From: Squalus acanthias
Taxonomy: Eukaryota
Direction of reading: 5' to 3'
Assembly: GCA_030390025.1 (NCBI GenBank)
Contig: CM059431.1
Location: 128,280,001 to 128,344,000, forward strand
Length of the DNA: 64,000 nucleotides
Below are positions 23,645 to 35,189 of this stretch, piece by piece; the first letter of the stretch is position 1; every line of letters begins with the position of its first letter. A program made the translations under genes and the position numbers. The notes beneath the pieces were generated by a model that was given only the letters and a program-made list of their open reading frames with translations, had not been told where the DNA came from and made no database searches.

Positions 23645-24906
23645 GAAACATAGAAGATAGGAGCAGGAGTAGGCCATTCGGCTCCTCGAGCCTGTTCCGC
23701 CATTTAATGAGATCATGGCTGATCATCCAAATTCAGTACCCTGTCCCTGCTTTTTCCCCATATCCCTTGATCCCTTTAGCCTTAAGAAATATATCTAACT
23801 CCTTCTTGAATATATTTAATGAATTGGCCTCAATTGCCTTCTGTGGTAGAGAATTCCACAGGTTCACCACCCTCTGGGTGAAGAAATTCCTCCTCATCTC
23901 AGTCCTAAATGGCTTACCCCTTATCCTTAGACTGTGACCCCTGGTTCTGGACTCCCCCGCCATCGGGAACATCCTTCCTGCATCTAGTCTGTCTAGTCCT
24001 GTTAGAATTTTATAAGTTTCAATGAGATCCCCTCTCATTCTTCTAAACTCCAGCGAATATAAGCCTAATCGACCCAATCTCTCTTCATACGTCATTCCTG
24101 CCATCCCAGGTATCAGTCTGGTGAATCTTTGCTGCACTCCTTCCATGGCAAGAACATCCTTCCTCAGATAAGGCGACCAAAACTGCGCACAATACTCAAG
24201 GTGTGGTCTCACCAAAGCCCTGCACAACTGCAGCAAGACATCCTTGCTCCTGTACTCGAATCCTCTCGCTATGAAGGCCAACATACCATTTGCCTTCTTA
24301 ACCGCCTGCTGCACCTGCATGCTTACCTTCAGCGACTGGTGCACAAGGACACCCAGGTCTCGTTGCACTTCCCCTTCTCCCAATCTATTGCCGTTCAGAT
24401 AATAATCTGTCTTCCTGTTTTTGCCACCAAAGTGGATAACCTCGCATTTATCCACATTATACTGCATCTGCCATGCATCTGCCCAATCACCCAACCTGTC
24501 CAAATCATACTGGAGTTTCTCTGCATCCTCCTCACAGCACACACGCCCACCCAGCTTTGTGTCATCTGCAAACTTGGAGATATTACATCTAGTTCCCTCG
24601 TCTAGATCATTAATATATATTGTGAATAGCTGGGGTCCGAGCACCGATCCCTGCGGTACCCCACTAGTCACTGCCTGCCACTCGGAAAAAGACCCATTTA
24701 TTCCAACTCTTTGCTTCCTGTCTGCCAACCAGTTCTCTATCCAAGTCAGTACCTCACCCCCAATCCCATGTGCTTTAACTTTGCATGCTAATCTCTTCTG
24801 CGGGACTTTATCAAAAGCCTTCTGAAAGTCCAAATACACCACATCCACTGGTTCTCCCTTATCTATTCTACCAGTTACATCCTCAAAAAATTCCAGTAGA
24901 TTAGTC
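23645..24906 (-). mobile_element. Young 5'-truncated CR1 with an uninterrupted 391-aa RT C-terminal ORF
   Basis: ORF 23733..24908 (YLDFQKAFDKV, GVPQGSVLGP, KFADDTK); flanking repeat aaacata at 23638-23644 and 24907-24913. Confidence 0.93.
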
Positions 24907-26014
24907 AAACATAAAGATTAACAAGCATAAAGATAGACAAATCCCCAGGACCTGATGGTTTCTACGCCAGAGTGTTAAAGTGTTGATGCGTTAGTCATGA
25001 TATTCCAAAACTCTCGATTCAGGATTTGTCCCCTTGGATTGCCAATGTCAATCTATTATTTAAGAATGGTAAGAGAGATAAACTAGGAAATTATAGGGCT
25101 ATTAGTCTAATGTCTGTTGTGGGGAAGTTATTAGAATCTGTTATTACGGACCAAGTGACTGAGCACGCGCACAAACGTGAATTGATCAGAGAGAGCCAGC
25201 ATGGATTTGTAAAGGGTAAATCATGTCTAACGAACCTAGTTGATGTTTTTGAGGAGGTAACAAATGTGGTAGTTAAGGGAGTGTTGATGGATGTTATTTA
25301 TATGGACTTCTAGAAGGCATTCAACAAGGTTCCTCATAAGAGACTGTTAACAAAAATGTAAAGCATGGAATTGGAGGTAACCTATTAGCTTAGATAGGGA
25401 ATTAATTAGGAGGTAGGAGACAGAGAGAAGGGATAATGGGTATGTACTCAAATTGGCAGGATGTGACTAGTAGCACCCAACAGAGTTCTGTACTGGGGCC
25501 TCAGCTTTTCACTGATTTATAAATGACTAGGATGAAGGAATAGAGAGCCGTATATCTAAGTATGCTGACAACACTAAATTAGGTCGCATGGTAAATAATG
25601 TAAATGTCAGCAGAAAGTTGCAAAGTGACATTGATAGATTAAGTGAGTGGGCAAAACTGTGGCAGATGGAGTTCACTGTGGGAAAGTGTGAGGTCATCCA
25701 CTTTGGACCTAAGAAAGATAGATCAGAATATTTTCTAAATGGTGAGAAGCTAGGAACTGTGGGTGAGCAGAGAGATTTAGGGTCCAAGTACAGAAATCAC
25801 TAAAAGCTAGTGGACAGGTCCAGAAAATAATCAAAAAGGCTAATTATATGTTGGCCTTTATCTTAAGAGTGCTGGAATACAAAGGGGTGGAAGTTATGTT
25901 ACAACTGTACAGACCTCTCGTTAGACCCCATCTGGAGTACTGCATTCAGTTCTGGGCACCACAATTCAGGAAGGATATATTGGCCTTGATGGAGGTGTAG
26001 CACAGATTCACCAG

Positions 26015-26590
26015 AATAATGCTGGAAATACTCAGCAGGTCAAGCAGCATCTGTGGAAAGAGAAACAGTTAACGTTTCAGGTCGATGACCTTTCGTTAGA
26101 ACTGGAAAAAGTTAGAGATGAAACAGATTTTAAGCAAGTGCATGGGGCAGGGAAAGGGGGGATGGGAGGAAAGAACCAAAGGGAAGGTCTGTGATAGGGT
26201 AGAAGGCAGGAGAGATTAAAAGACAAAAGGGATGAAAGTGCAAGGCAAAAGGAGATGGTAATGGGACAAGTTAAGAAACAAAAGAGGAGTCTAGATGAGG
26301 TGTAAATGGGAATGGCAGAATCATCAACAGCTGCCATGTGAAAAAATAGGGGCAGAGGTTATGGTCTGAAATTGTTGAACTTGATGTTGAGTCCAGAAGG
26401 CTGTAAAGTGCTTAATCGAAAGATGAGGAGCTGTTTCTGAAGCATACATTGAGCTTCATTGGAACAGTGCAAGAGGCCGAGGATGGAAAGGTTAGAGTGG
26501 GAATGGAGCTGAGAATTAAAGTGACAGACGACCGGAAGCTCGGGGTCACCCTTACAGACTGAACAGAGGTGTTCTGCAAAGCGATCACCA
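26015..26590 (-). mobile_element. Penelope-related fragment of a second family, with a mutated hammerhead-like motif
   Basis: On - strand: GIY-YIG C-terminus-like DNA (EEQLLIFRL..LQPSGLNI) followed by agtt-ctaacga-aaggtc atc gacct-gaaa-cgtt-aact. Confidence 0.6.
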
Positions 26591-26860
26591 GCGGATTTCC
26601 AGCATCCGCAGTATTTTGCTTTTGTTTCACCAGAATAATACCTCAGCTAAAAGGGTTAAATAATGAGGACAGGTTGCATAGATTAGGCTTGTATTCTCTT
26701 GAGTATAGAAGATTAAGGGGTGGCCTAATTGAAGTGTTTAAGATGATTAAATGATTTGATAGGGTAGACAGAGAGAAAGTATGGGCTAAAAATGTGGACG
26801 TTTAGCACCACCGATTACCGCCATATTTGGGGAAAAAAATGGCAGCCGCCACTTCTGTCC

Positions 26861-27064
26861 ACTGCCGGCAGGTCCCGTGTTGACTGCCGGCAGGTCCCGT
26901 GTTGACTGCCGGCAGGTCCCGTGTTGACTGCCGGCAGGTCCCGTGTTGACTGCCGGCAGGTCCCGTGTTGACTGCCGGCAGGTCCCGTGTTGACTGCCGG
27001 CAGGTCCCGTGTTGACTGCCGGCAGGTCCCGTGTTGACTGCCGGCAGGTCCCGTGTTGACTGCC
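26861..27064. repeat. Perfect minisatellite, 9 x 22 bp (actgccggcaggtcccgtgttg) plus a partial unit
   Basis: Direct reading; overlapping ORFs show a 22-aa period. Confidence 0.95.
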
Positions 27065-27446
27065 ACTTTTGGGTGGCGGGCAGTGCTGCTGATGTCGGCG
27101 CTTGTGAGAAATTATGTAGATGATGCACAACGTGATGTCAGTGCGTCTGCAATGTTCACTTGACGGCCGATCTGCGAGTTTCAACTTTGCCGTTCCACTT
27201 AACAGCATGCCGTAAGTGTGACCAGCTGAGCAAGCATTGACAAGCAGGAATGAGGCTCCAGCAGAGGTATTTAAAGGGATCATCTGACATATTTCTGCAG
27301 TTTGACCGGCTCTGTGCAACTTCCTGCAACTCCAGCAGCATTATAAACGTCTCTCAAGATTCTCAGGTATCAAGGAGTGCTGTTGCAAGTGGAGAACACC
27401 TTCATTATTATTTAAAAGCTGCTGCTCACAACACTTGCTCACACGT

Positions 27447-28721
27447 ATGGGGGCTTTCCTGGCAGTTCCCCTTACACTCGAGTATCTTAGGTAGACAGAG
27501 CGGAGGAAGCGAAGAAAAGGAGAAGATGTGGGCAGACGGAGGAGGGGGGCTGCCAGGAGGGCTCTCAACAGGAGGCCTCACCCATGTAGGGTCTTCCGAA
27601 AGCACTTCTCTTATATCCACTTAAGCGAGGAGCAGTGTATTAGGAGGCTCTGCTTCACCAAGGAGGTGGTCACAGAACTCTGCCACCTCCTGCAATCAGA
27701 TCTGCAGCCTGAGAGCAGGGTGAACAGGGCTCTCCCAGTGGCCCTGAAGGTCACCGTGGCCATCAATTTCTTTGCTGGTGGATTCTTCCAGTCTGCAGCA
27801 GGAGACATAGCTAACATCCATCGCTGCATCCGAGAGGTCACTGAGGCTCTCTACACCAGGAGAAGGGAATACATTTTCTCCTCTCTGAGCAGAGAGAAGC
27901 AGGACGAGTGTTGCATGTCAGGATAGCGGGATTCCCCATGATGCAGGGCGCCATCGACTGCACACACGTTGCCTTGCAGGTGCCACATAACAATTCTGGA
28001 TGTTCCGTAACCACAAAGGCTACCACTCACTTAATATGCACTTGTTGTGTGACCATGCCCCGCGCTGCCTGATGATAAATGCCCACTATCCTGGCAGCAA
28101 TCATGATGCCTTCATCCTGCGTCACTCCGGTGTGCTAGCAATCTTCCAGCCACCTCATGAAACCCGAGGGTGGTTGCTCGGAGACAAGGTCTATCCGCTC
28201 TACACCTGGCTCATGACTGCCCTCCACAACCTCACCACTCGTGCCCAGCAATCATATAATGAGAGCCCTGCTTTTCACCAGGAACATCATCGAGCAGAAC
28301 ATTGTTTACTGAAGCTACGGTTCCGCTGCCTTGACCGCTCGGGAGGAGCCCTCCAGTACTCGGCAGAGCGGGTGTCCCACTTTGTGGTGGTCTGCTACAT
28401 GCTTCACAACTTGGCCATCATGAGAGCCCAGCCCTTGCCTCCAGGGATTGCAGGACCACCTCAGGAGGAGGACGAGGAAGCGGAGAAGGAGGAAGAAGAA
28501 GATGAGCAAGAGGAAGAGGAAGAAAGAAAGACTTGCATTTATATAGCGCCTTTCACGACCATCAGACGTCTCAAAGTGCTTTACAACCAAAGAAGTACTT
28601 TTTGAAGTGTAGTCACTGTTGTAATGTGGGAAACGCGGAGGAGGAAGTGAGGAGGCAGGCAACCATTCCCCCTTCTGGACCAGCTGTCCATGAATGCCTC
28701 ATCAGACTCCGATTCCAATGA
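27447..28721 (+). pseudogene. HARBI1-like DDE transposase, frameshifted; SINE/L2 tail inserted at about 28520-28630
   Basis: LPVALKVTVAINFFAGGFFQ, GAIDCTHV, NHKGYHSLN, YPGSNHDAFIL, WLLGDKVY, LKLRFRCLDRSGGALQY, CYMLHN. Confidence 0.9.
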
Positions 28722-28967
28722 ATGAAATCCCAGACCCCTGTTGCTCATCACATCCCCATCATACCATCCCTCTGTCATGGAATGGCACAAAGCTGAAATG
28801 AGAGCCACCAAAAAAGATTCCAAACAAAATTATTAAATTCATCAACACTCAATTTGCACAAACGCTATCAACTAATCACCCTTGTGCCATCGTTAGTGCC
28901 TGTTGTTCAGGTGCCCTTTCCTGATCTAGTTCTCCTACGAAGTGCTCCCCCAGTGGCTGCAGCATGG

Positions 28968-30277
28968 CTACTGAGTTTCTATGCAGGAGACTTCAGATGG
29001 CCTTGCAGGATGACGTCCAGCAGCTCTGAACCTAGAAGGCCCGGCTGTAGACTGCACCGCCTCGGCATGGGTGGTAGCAGTCTGGGCTGGCTGTCTGATC
29101 GGCAGCAGCAAGGGCAATGGCAGAGTGGCAGTGGTGGGAACAGAAATGCTGTCAACCTGATAGAGGACAATAGTTCCTGAGACATCCCCGGGGTGGCGCC
29201 TCAGCATTCCTAGCAAACGTGAACTTGCCCTCCGGCGAGCTGATCCCCGAGCTAACCTTACCCCCTGGCCTTGCTGCAGCCCACTCGTGCCTGGTGCCTC
29301 AACCTGTGCAGATCCCGCCTCTTTACTACCCTCTAAATTCTGCGCAGTGCCAGTTTCTGAGCTGGTGTCTGCAAGTGTCAGATGCAGTGTAGGTGTCCTT
29401 TCTTCTTCATCTCCACTCTCCTCCATTACTTCGGGGACGGGCTGTGCAGGTGGCAGATCTTGGTCATCTGAAAGCAGAAAGGCACAAGAGTTGGGTTATG
29501 GTGAGGGGAGGGGGGGGGAGCGGAAAGCAAAATATCCATGCATAGAACATCAGCAGCTTGTAAGTGAGAAGAGATTGTGGGATGAGGGTTAAATGAGATG
29601 TGAGAAGAAGGATTAGGAATGATCATACAGTTGTTGTCCCCAAGGGCTTCAACCTTACCAGTTGCCACGGATTCCGTGACCTGCCACCCAATGATCTCCA
29701 GCACTCGCTCCTCCAGTTGGCTCAGGGCCTGTATGGCAGCCTGCCTCCTGCCTGTCTGTCGCTGCTCCCTCCTGTTATGCGCGACCTTGGCCTGCAAGAG
29801 AAAGAGAAGTGTGTGAGTGAGTGTGGTGCAATGTGCTTGGGTGATGTGCCTGCCATAGTTGAAAGCTGTCAGTGTGTGCAAAGTGTGAGCTATGGGTGTG
29901 AGTGCTGAAGCAGTGTTGTGTGTGTGAGGGTGAAGTGAAGGTATGATTGTGAGGTCTGAGTTGTGATAGGTAGAGCTTGTTGGTAGGTGAGTGCTGGTGG
30001 TGAGGTGCATTGAGCAGTGTATGAGGCTTGTGGTGCCTTCACTCACCTTGACCTGCCGTGTGAGGTCATTAAACCTCTTGCGGCACTGGATCGCCGACCT
30101 GGGGACCACAGTGCTGGCCGTCACATAGTCGGCTTTCTCCTGCCAGAGCTTTCTCGATGTATGGGGTGAGGGCTGCAGGAAGAGGATAGTCCGCCTCCTC
30201 TCCACGGCCAACACCAGTCTCTCCAGACCCACGTCTGAAAATCCTTGGTCTCTCTCCCTGTACTGAGGCTCAGCCAT
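28968..30277 (-). CDS. Harbinger Myb/SANT-like DNA-binding protein, three predicted exons (30277-30047, 29791-29629, 29467-28968), about 297 aa
   Basis: FSDVGLERLVLAVERRR..LW..PRSAIQCRKRFNDL; canonical GT/AG at all four junctions; frame stays open across both introns. Confidence 0.75.
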
Positions 30278-31049
30278 CTGTTTCCAGTACTGTCTGCTTC
30301 CAGGTGAAGTTCAAACTGGATTAACAATGAAGTGCTGTAGCATCAATGCACCTCCCCTTTAAGTACTGAATAAAGTCTGTGCCAAACATGACTGGGAATT
30401 AGACTGAACCTGATATTGGCCCACCTGTTGAGTGGTAAGCCAATGAGCAGCAGTTTTAATGCTGAGATCAGCACCATAATTACGTTAATGAGGAATGAGC
30501 ATGAATTTAGTTTGACCTGGCGCAGCTTAACATTGTTGGGCCTGACACCGCCTGTTTTCTGGCCATATCTAATATTTAGTCCTATTGCCTCTGGTTGGGG
30601 AGTTCAGAACAAGAGTGACAACCTTAAAATTAGAGCTAGACCATTCAGGGCTAATGTTAGAAAGCACTTCTTCACACAAAGGGTAATGGAAATCTGGAAC
30701 TCTCTCCCCGAAAAAGCTGTTGAGGCTAGGCCAATTGAAAATTTCAAAATTGAGATTGATATATTTTTGTTAGGCAAGGCTAGTGAGTGTTATGGAACCA
30801 AGGCAGGTAAAAGATCAGCCATAATCTAATTGAATTGTGGAACAGGCTCGAGAGGCTGAATGCCCTACTCCTGTTCCTATATTGCTATGTTCCTATATAC
30901 ATGAATCAGTGGAATAAGTTGATAAATTGTAATAATGTGTGATTTCTTTTGTTGAGGCAAGATACAAATGCTATTAATGAAGTATTTGGGTAGGGTGGGG
31001 GGGAAATCAAAGAAGGATTTTGATTTGCCTTCTCAATTTTGTTTTATTG

Positions 31050-32180
31050 AAAACAATCCACAATTAGTTGCTGCCTCTTCCTCTGGCTGAATGCTGATTG
31101 ATCTCTTGCTCCACCTCTCCCTTTTTTGCAACCTCTTCCAATATGGGGATGGAGGGCAGTCATTCCTTTTTCATCTACATTTTCTTCAAATTCAGGAAGC
31201 AGTAATCTTTTCTGCATTGTGACATTATACAGCACGCATTAAGCTACAATAATTCTAGAAACTCTTGTTGGACTATACTGTAGGGCTCCACCAGATTTGT
31301 CCACGCATCTAAAACGAGACTTCATTATCCAAATGGTCAGCTGCGTTGCAGTTCTCGTAGTCCCATGGGCCTTATTACAAAGATTATCCCACCCTTGTTT
31401 GAGGATGATATGCTAAAGTCATTAGCTGTGACTGCATGGGATTTCTCTAATCATCAGTTAGCCATCTTGATACATGGTCTTGGTCTTAACTACATGGTCT
31501 TGGTCTTAACTACCAAGGTAAAAATGTCATTACAGCTTCCGAGGTAGCAGGTATGATAAGCTAATTGGCATCACACAATAGCTGGATATTGAAAGAATGA
31601 AACCATTTCTATTTATGGAATTAAAGGGCTTCTCTTTTTGGGCTTTCAAGGACCCATGCATTCTGTCATTTGCTCCTTGCTTGGGAATCCTGCCAGTCTA
31701 TGAACTGGGCTGCTTGCTCTCTTTGTCTTATAGGTTACATTGAGAAGGTAATGAATTGTGATGTCCGCCTGAAGAGCTTTAGTGACCTTCTTTATACAGA
31801 GGTGAGCTGCTGCCTGAATAATGCGACTAAAGTCATCTGAGGCTGTCCAGTGGTGAAAAATTCAGTGCAGGGGTAACTTTCACTCTGATGGATAAGGCTA
31901 TCCTCATTGTTAACATGGGCTACAGTCTTCAGCTAGCAGTTGGCATAACTCCCAGTACCCTCCACTGCCAAGTGCAGCCTTCTGAGGCATTGTCGGGCAG
32001 AGAAATCTAAGCCTATAAACCCTCTGGAGTGGGTAAAGACATGTTGGAAACAAACACCTTCTGTGATGCCTCTCTCGAAGTTTCTCCAACCTAGTCTCTT
32101 CCATTTCCTCATCCTTCCCTTCATAGCACAGGAAGTGAGGGATCTCCATTTCCTCAGGCCAAGATTTTAATTTCTCCATT
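31050..32180 (-). pseudogene. Ancient Harbinger transposase remnant
   Basis: Reverse complement of about 31220-31345 reads IMKSRFRCVDKSGGALQYSPTRVSRIIVA*CVLYN; PLQRVYR near 32020. Confidence 0.75.
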
Positions 32181-32573
32181 ACTCATATTAAGTGGAAGGA
32201 GCCCTGTTTTGTGAAGCTCCAGAGCTGAAAAGAACGTAATTGCTGACCTGTGAAAATTTATGAAAACTGCAGTCACTCGAACATTTGAACTGCAGTCACA
32301 ACATAGGGATAGAGCTATGGTGTTCACAGCATCACTTAAATAGTGGTGGTGTTCCTAGTCTTTGGGTTGGGAGCACTAACTGGGCAAAATTGCAGGGAGA
32401 GCTTGGCCATGGCATCTGCCCCTCTTTAAATGTGACAAGGTGAACTCACGGCAAATGGTAATGGTGACTAATGGGTTTATAAACATACAATTGTGGTGGC
32501 TATTTTTGGGGTAGGATGCTGCCAGTATGCCACACTGTCCCATCTTACTTTATAAACCATCTGAAAATGACAT

Positions 32574-34396
32574 GGGCCAAGATTTTGTGGGGGTCAGCGA
32601 GCGTGATCAGTGGCGGGTCAGGTGGGAAAGTGTTTTTATTACCCCAGCAGATCGTGACCCCACTGTGAACCCGCTGCCACGCGCCTTTCCCCAATGTCGG
32701 GTCTGTCAGTGCTGAGCAGACCCAAAACGCAGCGGCGGGGGACCCAATTCAGGTCATTATGACCTTGTTTAGAGATCATTAAAAATACATTTGAGCTCAC
32801 CTTTTGATTTTATGTGCTCGCCCACGGGGTCCTCGCTGCTCGGGGATCACATCTGTTAAACTGAGGTGGGAGATGAATGGCCAATGAATCAGCTGATTAC
32901 TTGACAGCTTGAAATTTGCTATAAAAGCTCCCATCTCACAGCTGTTCACTTTCAAGCTCAGAAGCTGTTGCTTACTGCATTTGGAAGACAGATTGAGCTT
33001 TATGCAATTTGCAAGTGTTTGGAGCAAACTCTCTATCCAGTTTCACCTCATTGGAACAACCTCTCTCACCACTGACAGATCGCTTCTGTCATCTCAACTT
33101 CACCTGCCATCTATCCCATCAGCATGGGTACCATTTATACTCTCTCAACTTGGTCCTCAGAATCTGACCATGATGAGCCCAAACACCAGCAGCACCAGGC
33201 ACACCAGCAGCACCAGGCACACCAGCAGCACCAGGCACACCAGCAGCACCAACAACAACACCAACCTTCACTGCAATCACTTGATGCTGCACAGGACAGA
33301 GGGCATCAGCACCCGACCACATTGCTTCCCGGGAGGCTAGGGTTGTCCTCACCATGGCCAGATTTACTTCACTTGACGCTGTACACCCTGGCTGCCACAT
33401 GATGCACCAGGTTGGCATCCACACCACACCAACACAATAAAGCATCCCTACAATGCCCAAGCCATTTCTTTCACACTCATCAACATTGCAGGGGAAACCG
33501 TTATGTCTCATCATTCACTGCAACTAACTAAGCTACTTCCAAAGGTGCACACAAATCTGTCCAAGAATGCAAAGTGTTGAAAATAAAGGTTTCAATGTTT
33601 GACACCTCATTAACAGAAACTTTACATGAACATTGCATAAAACACCCAAGTGCCTACCCTTGTGTGTTGTGAGTTAGTATGATTGCACTAGGATGAGTGT
33701 GAGTGTGAGGGGTGGCGAGTGAGATGGGGAAGTGATAATATAGATAGAGAGGGATGGGTGGAGGTCTGAGGTAAATTGGTGTGAGCAAGGATGTGCAGGA
33801 GTAGGGTAGCGATGTCAGAGTGATGGGGATGTGATGAGAGGCCAGCAGGATGAGGTTGAGTTTGGCTTTGTACTAATGTTTCGTGATCTACTGAAATCAT
33901 TGAAATGTTTACGGCACTGCACCTGGTCCTCCTGACCACATCCCTGCTTGTGCCCTCCTCTGCAATGTGCAACCAGGCTGTGTTGATCTCCTGTGGAGAT
34001 CTCTTCCACCCATGGGAAGGGAAGAGGACCTCCCTGCGTGCTGTGACTCCCTCCATAAGCATGTGGAGGGAGTCATGGGAGAGCCTGGGTGCAGCCGTGT
34101 ACCTTTCTGCAGTGCTTGTCAGTGTTTGCAGCACCTCAATGCTGTAGAACACTGACAGCACAAATATCAAAATAAATTTGGATATGGTCACTTTAAGGAA
34201 CCCGGCTGATGACACGTCATCAAATGACGTCACCAGACCCACTTCCTCTAATTGGCCGGGATATGTGCTGGGCGGGCTTAACAAGCCCCATCAATGGAAA
34301 TTCATTTCAGACAGTGGGATGGAGACAGCAGCGGAGTCGGGAATCACCACTGACATCACCCGCCATGGACCCACCGAGGTCAGCAAAATTGTGGCC
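32574..34396. mobile_element. Non-autonomous Harbinger deletion derivative (family copy A)
   Basis: Imperfect TIRs gggccaagattttg / caaaattgtggcc; transposase N-terminus on + (33124) and Myb exon 1 on - (PRLSHDSLHMLMEGV..REVLFP..AW). Confidence 0.75.
33184..33251. repeat. 18-bp tandem repeat (caccagcagcaccaggca) x about 3.8
   Basis: Direct reading; single partial unit in the sister copy near 37458. Confidence 0.85.
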
Positions 34397-34639
34397 TCGG
34401 TTTCCAAAGGAAAACTATAGCCCAGGACATCCAAAAATGCAAAAATAAACACACCAGGAGGGGAGAACCTCGAAGAGGGGATATAACATGTTCAGGCAGC
34501 TTTTGCAGAAATTAGTTCAGTATGTTGAATATGGATAATTCCAAATGCCACATATTATTTTAGATTAGAAGTTTGTCGATTTTGAAATTTAACATTTTTA
34601 AAAATTAATCGGAGGGCTCCTGTTTTGAATATACCCAAA

Positions 34640-34825
34640 GGCTCAGTCATTGGGTATATTGAAAACAGAAGTCGATAGATTTCTGACTAGTAAAGGCATC
34701 AAGGGATATGACGATAGGGCCGGTGAATGGAGTTGAGGCAGAAGATCAGCCATGATCTCATTGAATGGCGGAGCAGGCTCGAAGGGCCGAATGGCCTACT
34801 CCTGCTCCTATTTCTTATGTTATTA
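34640..34825 (+). mobile_element. CR1 3' end fragment
   Basis: gaagatcagccatgatctcattgaatggcggagcaggctcgaagggccgaatggcctactcctgctcc. Confidence 0.8.
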
Positions 34826-34975
34826 TGCTCCATTTCCAATGGGAAAATTCTACATTTTCTGAGAAAACATGTCCCAGACCTCCCTAAAATTAGTGGGCAT
34901 GGTGCAGGGGAGCATTTGAAAGGAGTTTGTCCAATTCTAAATTTGTTGCACATGATGCTGACTGGTTCTACAATG

Positions 34976-35189
34976 TCTTTGATGGAAGGAAAGATTGTAT
35001 CTCTGCATTTTTTCTGTGTTTATATTCTGTGAATTTTTGTAGATTCACTCATAGTAACTTTACCTGAAGAAGGGGCTATCGATAGCTCCGAAAGCTTGTA
35101 ATTTTAAATAAATCTGTTGGACTATAACCTGGTGTTGTGCGACTTCTCATTTTTGTCCACCCCAGTCCAACACCGGCATCTCCGCATCA
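34976..35189 (+). mobile_element. Short non-coding Penelope tail insertion carrying a hammerhead motif
   Basis: 13-bp TSD tggttctacaatg (34963-34975, 35190-35202); tail gttggactataacctggtgttgtgcgacttct. Confidence 0.85.
35060..35101 (+). ncRNA. Minimal type I hammerhead ribozyme motif (variant stems)
   Basis: ttac-CTGAAGA-a-ggggctatc gatagctcc-GAAA-gc-TT-gtaa. Confidence 0.72.

Larger units (their letters stand above)
26783..30582. mobile_element. Near-full-length two-gene PIF/Harbinger transposon
   Basis: TIRs gggctaaaaat / atatttagtcc; TSD tat (26780-26782, 30583-30585); removal restores the CR1 host; convergent transposase (+) and Myb/SANT (-) genes. Confidence 0.9.
22870..30895 (+). mobile_element. 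Old CR1 (endonuclease to 3' tail) acting as host for three younger insertions
   Basis: Pieces at 22870-23640, 24912-26020, 26625-26782 and 30583-30895 are colinear (NYRAISL, QHGF, KCEVIHFG, KHFFTQRV). Confidence 0.8.

Noticed and set aside
24129..24825. Plus-strand ORFs (also 54289..54939, 55173..55610, 63414..63854, 3512..3997)
   Set aside because: Antisense or off-frame shadows of LINE RT sequence
26861..27064. CRISPR-like array
   Set aside because: Units are directly adjacent with no spacers, there are no cas genes, and the context is eukaryotic; it is a minisatellite
26786..27319. Repetitive ORFs (STRDLPAVNTGPAGSQHGTCRQ)
   Set aside because: Artefact of a stop-free 22-bp repeat
27447..28721. 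Host HARBI1 gene
   Set aside because: Frameshifted and bounded by TIRs and a TSD; it is a transposon copy, with several paralogues in the window
31471..31510. 20-bp direct duplication (also short duplications near 13150 and 51918)
   Set aside because: Ordinary slippage duplications with no further structure
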